56,170 nt of DNA from Verrucomicrobiales bacterium (GTDB taxonomy: Bacteria > Verrucomicrobiota > Verrucomicrobiia > Limisphaerales > UBA1096): the NCBI GenBank assembly GCA_002684915.1, contig NYWG01000003.1, positions 41,965 to 98,134 of the forward strand, in the 5' to 3' direction. Below are positions 34,660 through 43,771 of this stretch, in pieces. Position numbers and translations under genes: made by a program. The first letter of the stretch is position 1; every line of letters starts with the position of its first letter. The notes under the pieces were generated by a model that did not search any database, was not told the origin of the DNA, and saw nothing but the letters and a program-made list of their open reading frames with translations.

Positions 34660-37600
34660 ATGATAAAGCTGCTCACATTACTATGCTTCACTAGTGTTTT
34701 TATAACACCGCAAAACTCTCTTTTAGCTAATATGGAAGATGGGCCTATTCGGGTACTATTTTTGGGACACGAAAGCGAACATCATAACTCAAATGCTTAT
34801 TATCCAATGCTTTCCAAAGCATTAGGGCGAGATGCTATTTATTTTGACTATGTTACTTCGGTTGAAGAAGCACTCGGAGACGAAAAATACCTCGGAAAAT
34901 TTGACGCACTATTACTTTATGCAAACCACGGAAAAATTGAACCTCACCAATGGAAAAATCTTAAAAACTTCGTCGAAAACGGAGGAGGCTTTTTACCAAT
35001 CCATTGTGCAAGCTGGTGTTTCTCAAATGAACCTGGCTTTGATAAACTTGTAGGTGGCAGGTTCAAAAGTCATCAAGGGGCTGATTTCAAAGCGAAAATA
35101 ATAAAGCCTAATCATCCCGCAATGAATGGTGTAAAAGAATTTACTGCATGGGATGAAACCTATTTTCATTCAAATCACAATACCAAAAATCGGACCGTTC
35201 TAATGGTCCGAGATGCTATGAAGGGAGATCCACATACCGAGCCTGAACCTTGGACATGGATACGCACGCAAGGTCGTGGACGCGTCTTTTACACTGCATC
35301 CGGTCATGATCATCGAGTGTGGAATAACACCGCTTTTCATCAGCTAATAAAAAGCGGTATCATCTGGGTAATTGGTGACAAGGCAAGGAAGCGCTACGAA
35401 AATTTTCTTACCAAACGCGCGCCACTAAAATACGAGAAACGTAATAACATTCCAAACTACGAACGACGTAAAGAACCACTCCAATACCAACTACCCCTCT
35501 CTCCCGAAGAGAGCATAAAATACACGCAAGTACCAATAGGATTCCGCATGGAGCTTTTTGCATCAGAACCGGAAATCATCAATCCAATCTACATGACTTG
35601 GGACGAACGCGGACGACTTTGGGTAGTTGAAACAGTTGATTATCCGAATGAATTTAAGGATGGCCGAAAAGGAAATGATCGAATCAAGATTTGTGAAGAT
35701 ACAAATGGTGATGGTAAAGCTGACAAGTTCACTGTGTTTGCCGAAGGCTTTAATATTCCTACTTCAATGACTTTTGCTCGTGGAGGAGTTATTCTTGCCC
35801 ACGCTCCAGAATTCTATTTCCTTAAAGATACAAATGGTGACGATAAAGCGGATATTAAAGAGGTACTTTTTTCCGGCTGGGGTGTAGGAGATACTCACGC
35901 AGGCCCAAGTAATTTGCGATACGGATTTGATAATTGGATTTACGGAACCGTCGGCTATGCTCGCTTTAATGGCTCATTAGGCGGAAAGCAGCATAATTTT
36001 GGAATGGGCGTATTCCGGTTTAAATCTGATGCGACTGATATTGAGTTCCTCCATCAATTCAACAACAACACATGGGGACTAGGTTTCAATACATCCGGCG
36101 ACGTCTTTGGTTCCACCGCAAATAATAACCCAACCTTTTATGGCGGCATCCCTGCAACTGTTTACAATGGAGAGCGTAAGATGAGCGCCAAAATGATTGC
36201 TGATACGCCAGCCTTTCATCCTATCACACCTAACATAAGACAAGTGGACGCATTTAATGCATACACAGCAGGCTGCGGCCACGCTTTTGCTACTTCAGAT
36301 GCCTTTCCAAAAAAATACCGTGACCGTGCAGCATTCGTCTGTGGACCAACTGGCAACCTAGTTGGCACATATAATATCATAAAAAAAGGTGCCGGCTATA
36401 CCGCAAAGAATGCATTCAGCTTTGTAGCCAGCGCGGATGAATGGTTCTCTCCTATCGTTGCCGAGGTAGGACCAGATGGCCACCTCTGGATCGCCGATTG
36501 GTACAATTTTATTATACAACACAATCCGACCCCAAGCGTAGGCCGAGGCGGTTATGCCGCCAAAAACGGTCGAGGTAACGCTCACATTAATCCAAACCGT
36601 GATCGCCAGCACGGCCGAATCTATCGAGTAATCTGGGAAGAAGCACCAAAATCAACAATTACGTCTCTAGCTCAGGCAAGCCCAGATGAGCTCACCAAGG
36701 CCTTAGATAATGATAATCTTTTTTGGCGACAAACTGCACAGCGAATGATTGTTGATAGGGGAATTAAGAAAGCTGAGAAATCTCTACGTAAAAGAGTATC
36801 GGGCCGTGGAGTAGGCGCCATCCACGCTCTTTGGGCACTCGAAGGAATTGGAGCTCTTGATAATAAAATAAAACGCAGCGCTCTAATAAACGGGGATCCT
36901 CAGGTGAAGCTCAACGCTATACGCGCACTTGGAAAAACCAAAGAAGATGAACAATTGCTCTATGACAGTGCCGCACTTACCGACAAAGATTTACACGTTC
37001 GCTTAGCTGCCATGGTGAAACTCGCTCAGTTCCCAGAATCCAATACACATAAGCAAGCAGCTAGTATTTTAGCTACCGATGAAACTAACACAAAAGACGA
37101 ATGGCTTAAACAAGCACTTCAAGCTGCTGGCGCTGAAAAGACTAATATTGCCGGTTATAAACGCGGTCCAAATCTACTTAAAAACGCCTCTTTTGAAACA
37201 AATGACGGCAAGCTTCCTGCTAACTGGAAAGTTCGCACTTACAGTGCGAAAGGTAAGGATGTCGAACACGCCATCGAAACACGCGCAAGCCATATCAAAA
37301 GCGGTAAAGCCTCGATTAAAATCAGATCCGGTAGTGGCCATGACACAAGTATTTATTCTAATGTTGAACTAAAATCAGGCACTACCTACGCACTAAGTGC
37401 ATGGATTAAAACCGAAGGTGTCAATGGGGGGTACGGTGCACTCCTTAATATTCATGAACTACAACACGAAGGAAAAACTAAAGCCCTGAAAGGAAACAAT
37501 AATTGGGAAAAAATAGAACTAATCTTTGAAAGCAAACAAACTGGCAAGCTTACCGTTAATTGCCTTTTTGGAGGCTGGGGACAAGCCAAGGGAACAGCAT

Positions 37601-38130
37601 GGTACGATGATGTCTCTCTACAAGAAGTTTTACCCATCTATAAAAACGTTAATAAAGAAAGCTCAAAACAAAGTATTGCTAAACGCGTTAAAGATATATT
37701 TTCAAGTGACAAATCTGATTTAAGAGGAACTAATTTTAAGGAACCTCTTAAAATTACCATTAATACTGTTAAAGACAGGATGATGTACGATTTAAATGAA
37801 TTTCAAGTAGAGACTGGACGTTTGGTCTCAATAAAATTTATTAATAAAGACTTCGCACCACATAATCTTTTGATAGTAAAATCAGGAAAAGCTGATGAAG
37901 TTTCAAATCTTGCTATTGCTTTAACTAATGATGGACCAAATAAAGACTGGCGACCCGACTCATCACTAATCTTGTGGGGATCAAAAATGATTAATCAAAA
38001 TGAAGAAGAAATTATAACTTTTAACGCCCCAGTTCCAGGAAGCTATCCATACATATGCACATTTCCAGGGCACTCACAAATGATGAGAGGAATTATGAAA
38101 GTTATACCTATAAAAGAAGATAAAAAATAA
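34660..38130 (+). CDS. Multidomain PVC-type dehydrogenase-like protein: ThuA + beta-propeller + HEAT + CBM-like + cupredoxin
   Basis: ThuA motifs (HCAS, DETY, GRVFYTASGH), LSPEES..FASEP, DTHAGP, N.LKN.SFE CBM-like domain, C-terminal PHN...CTFPGH..MM type-1 copper site. Confidence 0.85.
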   Translation: MIKLLTLLCFTSVFITPQNSLLANMEDGPIRVLFLGHESEHHNSNAYYPMLSKALGRDAIYFDYVTSVEEALGDEKYLGKFDALLLYANHGKIEPHQWKNLKNFVENGGGFLPIHCASWCFSNEPGFDKLVGGRFKSHQGADFKAKIIKPNHPAMNGVKEFTAWDETYFHSNHNTKNRTVLMVRDAMKGDPHTEPEPWTWIRTQGRGRVFYTASGHDHRVWNNTAFHQLIKSGIIWVIGDKARKRYENFLTKRAPLKYEKRNNIPNYERRKEPLQYQLPLSPEESIKYTQVPIGFRMELFASEPEIINPIYMTWDERGRLWVVETVDYPNEFKDGRKGNDRIKICEDTNGDGKADKFTVFAEGFNIPTSMTFARGGVILAHAPEFYFLKDTNGDDKADIKEVLFSGWGVGDTHAGPSNLRYGFDNWIYGTVGYARFNGSLGGKQHNFGMGVFRFKSDATDIEFLHQFNNNTWGLGFNTSGDVFGSTANNNPTFYGGIPATVYNGERKMSAKMIADTPAFHPITPNIRQVDAFNAYTAGCGHAFATSDAFPKKYRDRAAFVCGPTGNLVGTYNIIKKGAGYTAKNAFSFVASADEWFSPIVAEVGPDGHLWIADWYNFIIQHNPTPSVGRGGYAAKNGRGNAHINPNRDRQHGRIYRVIWEEAPKSTITSLAQASPDELTKALDNDNLFWRQTAQRMIVDRGIKKAEKSLRKRVSGRGVGAIHALWALEGIGALDNKIKRSALINGDPQVKLNAIRALGKTKEDEQLLYDSAALTDKDLHVRLAAMVKLAQFPESNTHKQAASILATDETNTKDEWLKQALQAAGAEKTNIAGYKRGPNLLKNASFETNDGKLPANWKVRTYSAKGKDVEHAIETRASHIKSGKASIKIRSGSGHDTSIYSNVELKSGTTYALSAWIKTEGVNGGYGALLNIHELQHEGKTKALKGNNNWEKIELIFESKQTGKLTVNCLFGGWGQAKGTAWYDDVSLQEVLPIYKNVNKESSKQSIAKRVKDIFSSDKSDLRGTNFKEPLKITINTVKDRMMYDLNEFQVETGRLVSIKFINKDFAPHNLLIVKSGKADEVSNLAIALTNDGPNKDWRPDSSLILWGSKMINQNEEEIITFNAPVPGSYPYICTFPGHSQMMRGIMKVIPIKEDKK

Positions 38131-38136
38131 AGTGTA

Positions 38137-39192
38137 ATGAAAAATCAAAATGATCTAATCCCAAAACTAGTTGCCCCTTGGGGTAACACTGAGCAATCTG
38201 TTAAATCATTTTCACGACGGTCCGCCTTCAAAATGGCGATTGGCGCCACTGGATTAGCAACCGTTGGCACAAATAACACAACTGCTAAGGAAAAATTAGA
38301 CCCTCTCAAATCATCGCCCAAAAAATTCGCAATGAAGAAATCAATTAATCTTTGGGCGTTTCCTTATCCAGATAAAATGAATCTTAGAGAGTGTTTGCAG
38401 TTAGCTAAAGACGCGGGATTTGACGGCATTGAGTTGAACTACGATCTCGAAAGCGACTTGTCCCCTAAATCAGGCCCAAAAGACTTCCAAGAAATCCGAA
38501 AAATGGCCGAAGAAATAGGTATAGCCATAAGTGGATTGTGCTCATTTCTTTTTTGGCCCTACCCGTTGACAAGTAACAATCCTACTGAACGCAAGCGTGG
38601 AATGGAATTAGCAGGGCTAATGACAGAGGCCGCTCATCATTTGGGCACAGAAAACCTTCTCGTCGTTCCAGGTGCAGTACATATGCCATGGCGAGAAGAT
38701 CATGAGCCAACTCCGAATGACATCTGTGATCAACGTGCTAAGGAGGCAATTGGAAAGCTTATCCCAAAAGCCGAAAAACTTAATGTACATCTCAATATGG
38801 AAAATATTTTCTTCAATGGCTATCTCCTATCGCCAGATGAGATGATACGTTTCGTCGATGGTTTTAACAGTGAACATGTTCACGTGCATTTTGATACTGG
38901 AAATATTATGTTGTTTCAGTTCCCTGAACACTGGATACGCATACTAGGCAATCGCATTCGAAATGTGCATTTAAAGGAATTCACCAAGAAAGGAACTGAT
39001 CACTCACTTGAGTCATTTCGGCCACTACTTGACGGAACAACCAACTGGCCATCAGTTATGGAAGCTTTCAATGAAATCGATTACAACGGCTACCTAACCT
39101 TTGAATACTTTCACCCATATCCGCACTATCCTGAAGCGCTAATTTATCAGACTGCAGACTCCCTGAACAGGATGCTAGGAACAAAAAATTAA
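38137..39192 (+). CDS. Tat-exported sugar phosphate isomerase/epimerase family (xylose isomerase-like TIM barrel) protein
   Basis: SRRSAFK twin-arginine signal, AGFDGIEL, MEN, FDTGN, HLKE, Y.G.LTFE. Confidence 0.88.
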   Translation: MKNQNDLIPKLVAPWGNTEQSVKSFSRRSAFKMAIGATGLATVGTNNTTAKEKLDPLKSSPKKFAMKKSINLWAFPYPDKMNLRECLQLAKDAGFDGIELNYDLESDLSPKSGPKDFQEIRKMAEEIGIAISGLCSFLFWPYPLTSNNPTERKRGMELAGLMTEAAHHLGTENLLVVPGAVHMPWREDHEPTPNDICDQRAKEAIGKLIPKAEKLNVHLNMENIFFNGYLLSPDEMIRFVDGFNSEHVHVHFDTGNIMLFQFPEHWIRILGNRIRNVHLKEFTKKGTDHSLESFRPLLDGTTNWPSVMEAFNEIDYNGYLTFEYFHPYPHYPEALIYQTADSLNRMLGTKN

Positions 39193-39261
39193 ACTGTTTA
39201 AAACACTTCATTCACAACAACTGTCATTGAGATGATTAGCTTAATCCTTAAAGCGTTAATC

Positions 39262-40509
39262 ATGGAAAAAAAATCTTTTCTCTTAATTCTATCAGCCTTG
39301 ATTCCATGTTTTATGAAAGCAGATTGGCCTCAATTCCGAGGTCCCGATGGACAAGGGCATTCCAAGGAAAAAAATGTTCCTCTTGAATGGAGTGATGAGA
39401 AAAATGTGAAATGGAAAATGGCTGTTCCAGGAAAAGGATTTTCCTCCCCAGTAATTTTCAATAAGCAGATCTGGATGACTAGTGCCGAAAACGAAGGTAA
39501 ATCTTTACATGCAATTTGCCTTGATAAGACTAGTGGAAAACTAATTCACAATATTAAAGTAATAACAACCGATAACCCAGGCCCCCTGCATCGACTAAAC
39601 GGTTACGCATCACCTACTCCAGCGATAGATAAAGAACATGTCTTTGTGCATTTCGGCCCCAGGGGAACAGCCTGTCTCAATAAAAAAGGTGAAGTAATAT
39701 GGAAAAATACAAATTTAGATTACAACGTAATACAAGGTGGAGCTAGTTCGCCTATCCTCCACAATGACGTTTTATTTCTAACATGTGACGGTATTGATTT
39801 TCAGTTCTTAGTCGCCTTAGAAAAACAAACGGGCAAGGTAATTTGGAAACAAGATCGAGGTCATTTGGAAGCTGCAGCTCAAAAGCGAGCTATTGCAAAA
39901 ATGTCTTATTCAACCCCTCTTATTCAATCTGTTGGAGGAACAAATCAACTAGTTTGCTCAGGTGCAGATCATGTCGCATCCTATAATATTAATGACGGCA
40001 AGGAAATTTGGTGGATGCCTTACAACGGGTTTTCAATTGTAGGCCGGCCTTCCTACGGCAACAGCCTATTCTATGTTGTTGGCTCAATTCGGCAGGATCA
40101 TTTTTGTATTTATGCAATTCAACCCGGTAAAGGCCAATTGAAAAACAAACAAATTAAATGGAAATATTCAAAAGGAGTTCCCCATGTCTCGTCACCTATT
40201 CTAGTTGACACCGAAATCTACTTTGTTCACGACGGCGGAGTCGCTTCTTGTCTTAACGCAATTACAGGAGAATTAATTTGGAATGAAAGACTAGGTGGCA
40301 ATTACGACGCATCTCCTATTGAAATACAAAATCGATTATATTTTTTGAATCGCGAAGGCAAAACCACAGTCTTATCTGCAGGAAAAAAATTTGATAAACT
40401 GGCAACAAACCAGCTTAAGGGAACATTCAAAGCGTCACCAGCTGTCGCAGATGAAGCGCTATTCTTAAGAAGCGACACACATTTATTCCGTATAGAAAAA
40501 AAACTATAA
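39262..40509 (+). CDS. PQQ/BamB-like beta-propeller protein
   Basis: Signal peptide, DWPQFRGP, repeated SSP/STP...G...W blades. Confidence 0.88.
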   Translation: MEKKSFLLILSALIPCFMKADWPQFRGPDGQGHSKEKNVPLEWSDEKNVKWKMAVPGKGFSSPVIFNKQIWMTSAENEGKSLHAICLDKTSGKLIHNIKVITTDNPGPLHRLNGYASPTPAIDKEHVFVHFGPRGTACLNKKGEVIWKNTNLDYNVIQGGASSPILHNDVLFLTCDGIDFQFLVALEKQTGKVIWKQDRGHLEAAAQKRAIAKMSYSTPLIQSVGGTNQLVCSGADHVASYNINDGKEIWWMPYNGFSIVGRPSYGNSLFYVVGSIRQDHFCIYAIQPGKGQLKNKQIKWKYSKGVPHVSSPILVDTEIYFVHDGGVASCLNAITGELIWNERLGGNYDASPIEIQNRLYFLNREGKTTVLSAGKKFDKLATNQLKGTFKASPAVADEALFLRSDTHLFRIEKKL

Positions 40510-40543
40510 ATTAATCAAAATTCCGTTTTTTATTCATTCAAAC

Positions 40544-40576
40544 AAAAGACCCAACCATTTTACTGGTCGGGTCTTT
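40544..40576 (-). terminator. Rho-independent terminator of amtB (possibly bidirectional)
   Basis: Minus strand AAAGACCCGACCA-GTAAAA-TGGTTGGGTCTTTTGTTT, between convergent genes. Confidence 0.8.
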
Positions 40577-40619
40577 AATTTTTAATACTAAATACTCGAT
40601 CAACTAAGCCAAAACAGAT

Positions 40620-41981
40620 TTAATTATAACCAGATTCACCATGAGCGGCAAGATCCAGACCTTCCTGTTCTTCGCTCTCGGAAACTCGGAGACCTCCACA
40701 AACCGCCTTTACAAGATACAGGATAATTACCGATACAATTAAAGTATATACGATGGTTATCGCCGAGGCCTTAAGCTGTACAAAAAATTGTGCCCCCATA
40801 CTATAAGCCTCTGCATCCGGGATAGATATAACACCCTTACCCCCCAATGCCTCAGCAGCAAAAAACGCCACCAACAATGTGCCAACTAAACCTCCTACAC
40901 CATGAACACCCACAACATCAAGTGAGTCATCATAACCAAACTTAGACTTGACGGTCGTTGAAGCAAACCAACAAATGAAGCCAGATGCAGCACCGATTAC
41001 TAAAGCCCCCATCGGACCCACATCTCCAGATGCCGGAGTGATCGCTGCCAATCCAGCAATCGAACCAGTAACAGCACCAAGGACACTAGCCTTACCATGT
41101 TTGATTTTTTCAGCGAGAGACCAGACAATTGTAGCAGTTGCAGCTGATAGGTGTGTAACAACCAATGTTTGAGCAGCACCTCCATCCGCCGCCAATCCAC
41201 TACCTGCATTGAAACCAAACCAACCAACCCATAGCATCCCTGTGCCGGTAACACACAATGGTAAATTATGCGGTTGAAATTGAGCTGTTGGATATCCTTT
41301 GCGAGGCCCCACCATGATACAGGCAGCCAAAGCACCAATGCCAGCTGTGATGTGAACTACAATGCCACCTGCTAAATCCTTGGTGCCCCATCCATACATA
41401 AAGCCATTTTCAGTCCAAACCCAATGACATACTGGTGCATAGACTAGAACAGCCCAAAGTGAGGTAAAAAGAATCATAGCTGAAAATTTCATACGTTCAA
41501 CAAACGCACCCACCATCAAGGCTGGAGTAATAATGAAAAAAGTCATCTGAAATGCGAAGACTAGGAAGGTTGGTAAACCACCACTTAAATCAGAAGCACT
41601 CATACCCTTAGCAAAGATGTCGTTTAAACCGCCCCATAAAGAATTCCCTTCACCTAAAGCTATAGAGTAACCACATATAACCCAAATCACCGACATAATA
41701 GCCGTGATCATGAAACAATGCATCAATACTGAGAGTACATTTTTACGACCTACCAAGCCTGCGTAAAACAGAGATAGACCGGGTATAGTCATAAATAAGA
41801 CCAATGCAGTTGCAGTGAGAATCCACGCAGTGTTTGCACCATTTAATTCAGCCGCTGGTTCAGAGGATTCCTCGGCGGCGGCTGCAGCGCTTGCAGACTC
41901 CGCAGCTTCTTGTGCTAAAACGGGGAAAGAGATCAGGCAAATGCCTGCCAGCAACGATAGAATACAAGCGATTCGTTTCAT
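40620..41981 (-). CDS. amtB: Ammonium transporter
   Basis: PGL.LFY.G, FQMTF, DLAGG.VVH, GWFGFNAGS, DDSLDV.GVHG motifs. Confidence 0.97.
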   Translation of the reverse strand: MKRIACILSLLAGICLISFPVLAQEAAESASAAAAAEESSEPAAELNGANTAWILTATALVLFMTIPGLSLFYAGLVGRKNVLSVLMHCFMITAIMSVIWVICGYSIALGEGNSLWGGLNDIFAKGMSASDLSGGLPTFLVFAFQMTFFIITPALMVGAFVERMKFSAMILFTSLWAVLVYAPVCHWVWTENGFMYGWGTKDLAGGIVVHITAGIGALAACIMVGPRKGYPTAQFQPHNLPLCVTGTGMLWVGWFGFNAGSGLAADGGAAQTLVVTHLSAATATIVWSLAEKIKHGKASVLGAVTGSIAGLAAITPASGDVGPMGALVIGAASGFICWFASTTVKSKFGYDDSLDVVGVHGVGGLVGTLLVAFFAAEALGGKGVISIPDAEAYSMGAQFFVQLKASAITIVYTLIVSVIILYLVKAVCGGLRVSESEEQEGLDLAAHGESGYN

Positions 41982-42082
41982 ATAAGCTCAGTAGTTTGGT
42001 TTAATCCTAAAAGCTATTTAAGATTCTATCCTGTAAGGATCTGAATTCCATAAACTAAACAGCTCAAAGACAGCAAATTATA

Positions 42083-42098
42083 AGCAAAATCGATGCCA
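42083..42098 (-). promoter_or_regulatory. Sigma-54 (-24/-12) promoter of amtB
   Basis: Minus strand TGGCATCGATTTTGCT fits TGGCAY-N5-TTGCW. Confidence 0.85.
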
Positions 42099-42368
42099 TT
42101 ATCTTTTTAATTATTTTTTATTAATTGACTTAATTCACAGATGGACAACAGTTTAGCTTAATTATTTTTAAAATAGTAGGCACCTGAATTAGATTAATGA
42201 AACTGTATTTTTTTGTTCACTTTGTCGTTTTACAATCAAATCAATCAAATACATTCATCTAAAATTATAAACCAAAAACTAAACTTAATACCTAAAATAC
42301 ATTTAATTTAGTTTTAATAGACTATTAACAGTCTTAATTTAAGCATTCGTTCATTAGGCTAAGTTGGT

Positions 42369-42384
42369 TGGCATCAAAATTGCA
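42369..42384 (+). promoter_or_regulatory. Sigma-54 (-24/-12) promoter of glnA
   Basis: TGGCATCAAAATTGCA fits TGGCAY-N5-TTGCW. Confidence 0.85.
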
Positions 42385-42596
42385 TACATAATTTTGGGTT
42401 AGACTAGTTAAAAAGCATGATTTTGGATTTGAGGGACGTTTTTATTCCAAGCCAAGTTACTAACAACTAGCAAAAAAATCTTGATTACCGAGTGCAATCA
42501 AACCCAAATGCCTCGGGCCAAAAGCCTGAGGCAAACTGCAGAATTCTTTTTTGCTGCCGCAGATTGATTTTTTAAACCTATAGATAACGAGATATT

Positions 42597-43610
42597 ATGA
42601 GCAAAGCTAAACTCGAATACATCTGGCTGGACGGCTATAAGCCGACTCAAAGCCTTCGAAGCAAGACCATGGTCGTATCTGACTTTGGTGGAACAGTAGA
42701 AGACTGCAAAATGTGGTCGTTTGACGGCTCCTCAACCGAGCAAGCCGCAGGTAACGATTCTGACTGTCTACTCAAACCAGTAGCGCTGTTCCCAGATCCC
42801 GACAAAATCGGAACCGACAATTGGTTAGTCATGTGTGAGGTTCTCAACGCTGATGGCACACCTCACGAATCAAATGGCCGTGCCACTATCGATGATGACG
42901 ATGATGACTTTTGGTTTGGATTTGAGCAGGAATATGTTTTGTGGGATAACGAAACCGACCTCCCTATTGGATTCCCTAAATCAGGATTCCCTGGGCCCCA
43001 AGGACCATACTATACCTCTGTTGGAGCCGCCAACGCAGTAGGCCGCGACATTGTCGACGAACATTTACAAATCTGTCTTGATGCAGGTCTTAATGTCGAA
43101 GGGATTAACGCTGAAGTTATGCTAGGGCAGTGGGAATTCCAGATCTTCGCTAAAGGTGCTGGTAACGCTGGCGATCAAATGTGGGTTGCCCGCTATCTAC
43201 TAGAGCGTATAGGTGAGCGCTATGGCATATCTGTAAATTATCATCCAAAACCGGTAAAAGGTGACTGGAATGGATCCGGCATGCATGCAAACTTCTCTTG
43301 TGGAAAAATGCGTGATGAAGGCGGTGAAAAACTAATGAATGCAATATGCGAAGAGTTCGGAAAAAACATTAGTGAGCATATCGATGTATATGGTGCAGAA
43401 AACAATCAGCGCCTGACAGGTCTTCACGAGACTCAATCGATTGATAAATTCTCCTACGGAGTTTCTGACCGTGGTGCATCAATCCGAATACCTGTTGGAA
43501 CGATCGAGGATGGATGGAAAGGCCGCTTGGAGGATCGGCGTCCTGCATCTAATGGTGACCCTTATCAGATTGGGGCAGTCATCATCAAAACCACAAAAAA
43601 GGCCTTGTAA
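42597..43610 (+). CDS. glnA: Glutamine synthetase, type II
   Basis: 337 aa. EYIWLDG, LRSKT, W.FDGSST.QA, GFEQEY, INAEVM.GQWEFQ, GDWNGSG.H.NFS, RLTG.HET, LEDRRP.SN.DPY. Confidence 0.96.
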   Translation: MSKAKLEYIWLDGYKPTQSLRSKTMVVSDFGGTVEDCKMWSFDGSSTEQAAGNDSDCLLKPVALFPDPDKIGTDNWLVMCEVLNADGTPHESNGRATIDDDDDDFWFGFEQEYVLWDNETDLPIGFPKSGFPGPQGPYYTSVGAANAVGRDIVDEHLQICLDAGLNVEGINAEVMLGQWEFQIFAKGAGNAGDQMWVARYLLERIGERYGISVNYHPKPVKGDWNGSGMHANFSCGKMRDEGGEKLMNAICEEFGKNISEHIDVYGAENNQRLTGLHETQSIDKFSYGVSDRGASIRIPVGTIEDGWKGRLEDRRPASNGDPYQIGAVIIKTTKKAL

Positions 43611-43634
43611 ATAAACGCCTCTAAAAGATTCAAT

Positions 43635-43668
43635 AAAAGATCGGCATTCAAGTGCCGGTCTTTTTTTT
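43635..43668 (+). terminator. Rho-independent terminator after glnA
   Basis: AAAAGATCGGCA-TTCAAG-TGCCGGTC followed by eight T. Confidence 0.9.
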
Positions 43669-43771
43669 GTTTAACATAGAAAAACCTAACAAGGCTAATG
43701 CCCCAGCCTGATTCTTTTAAGGATTCCTTATATTTAGACATCTGATCTTAATTAGATAAGTTATTTGAAAC

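Noticed and set aside
42100-42368. AT-rich spacer as a mobile-element scar or ncRNA
   Set aside because: No terminal repeats or stable GC stems. It is better explained as the enhancer or bending region between two sigma-54 promoters.
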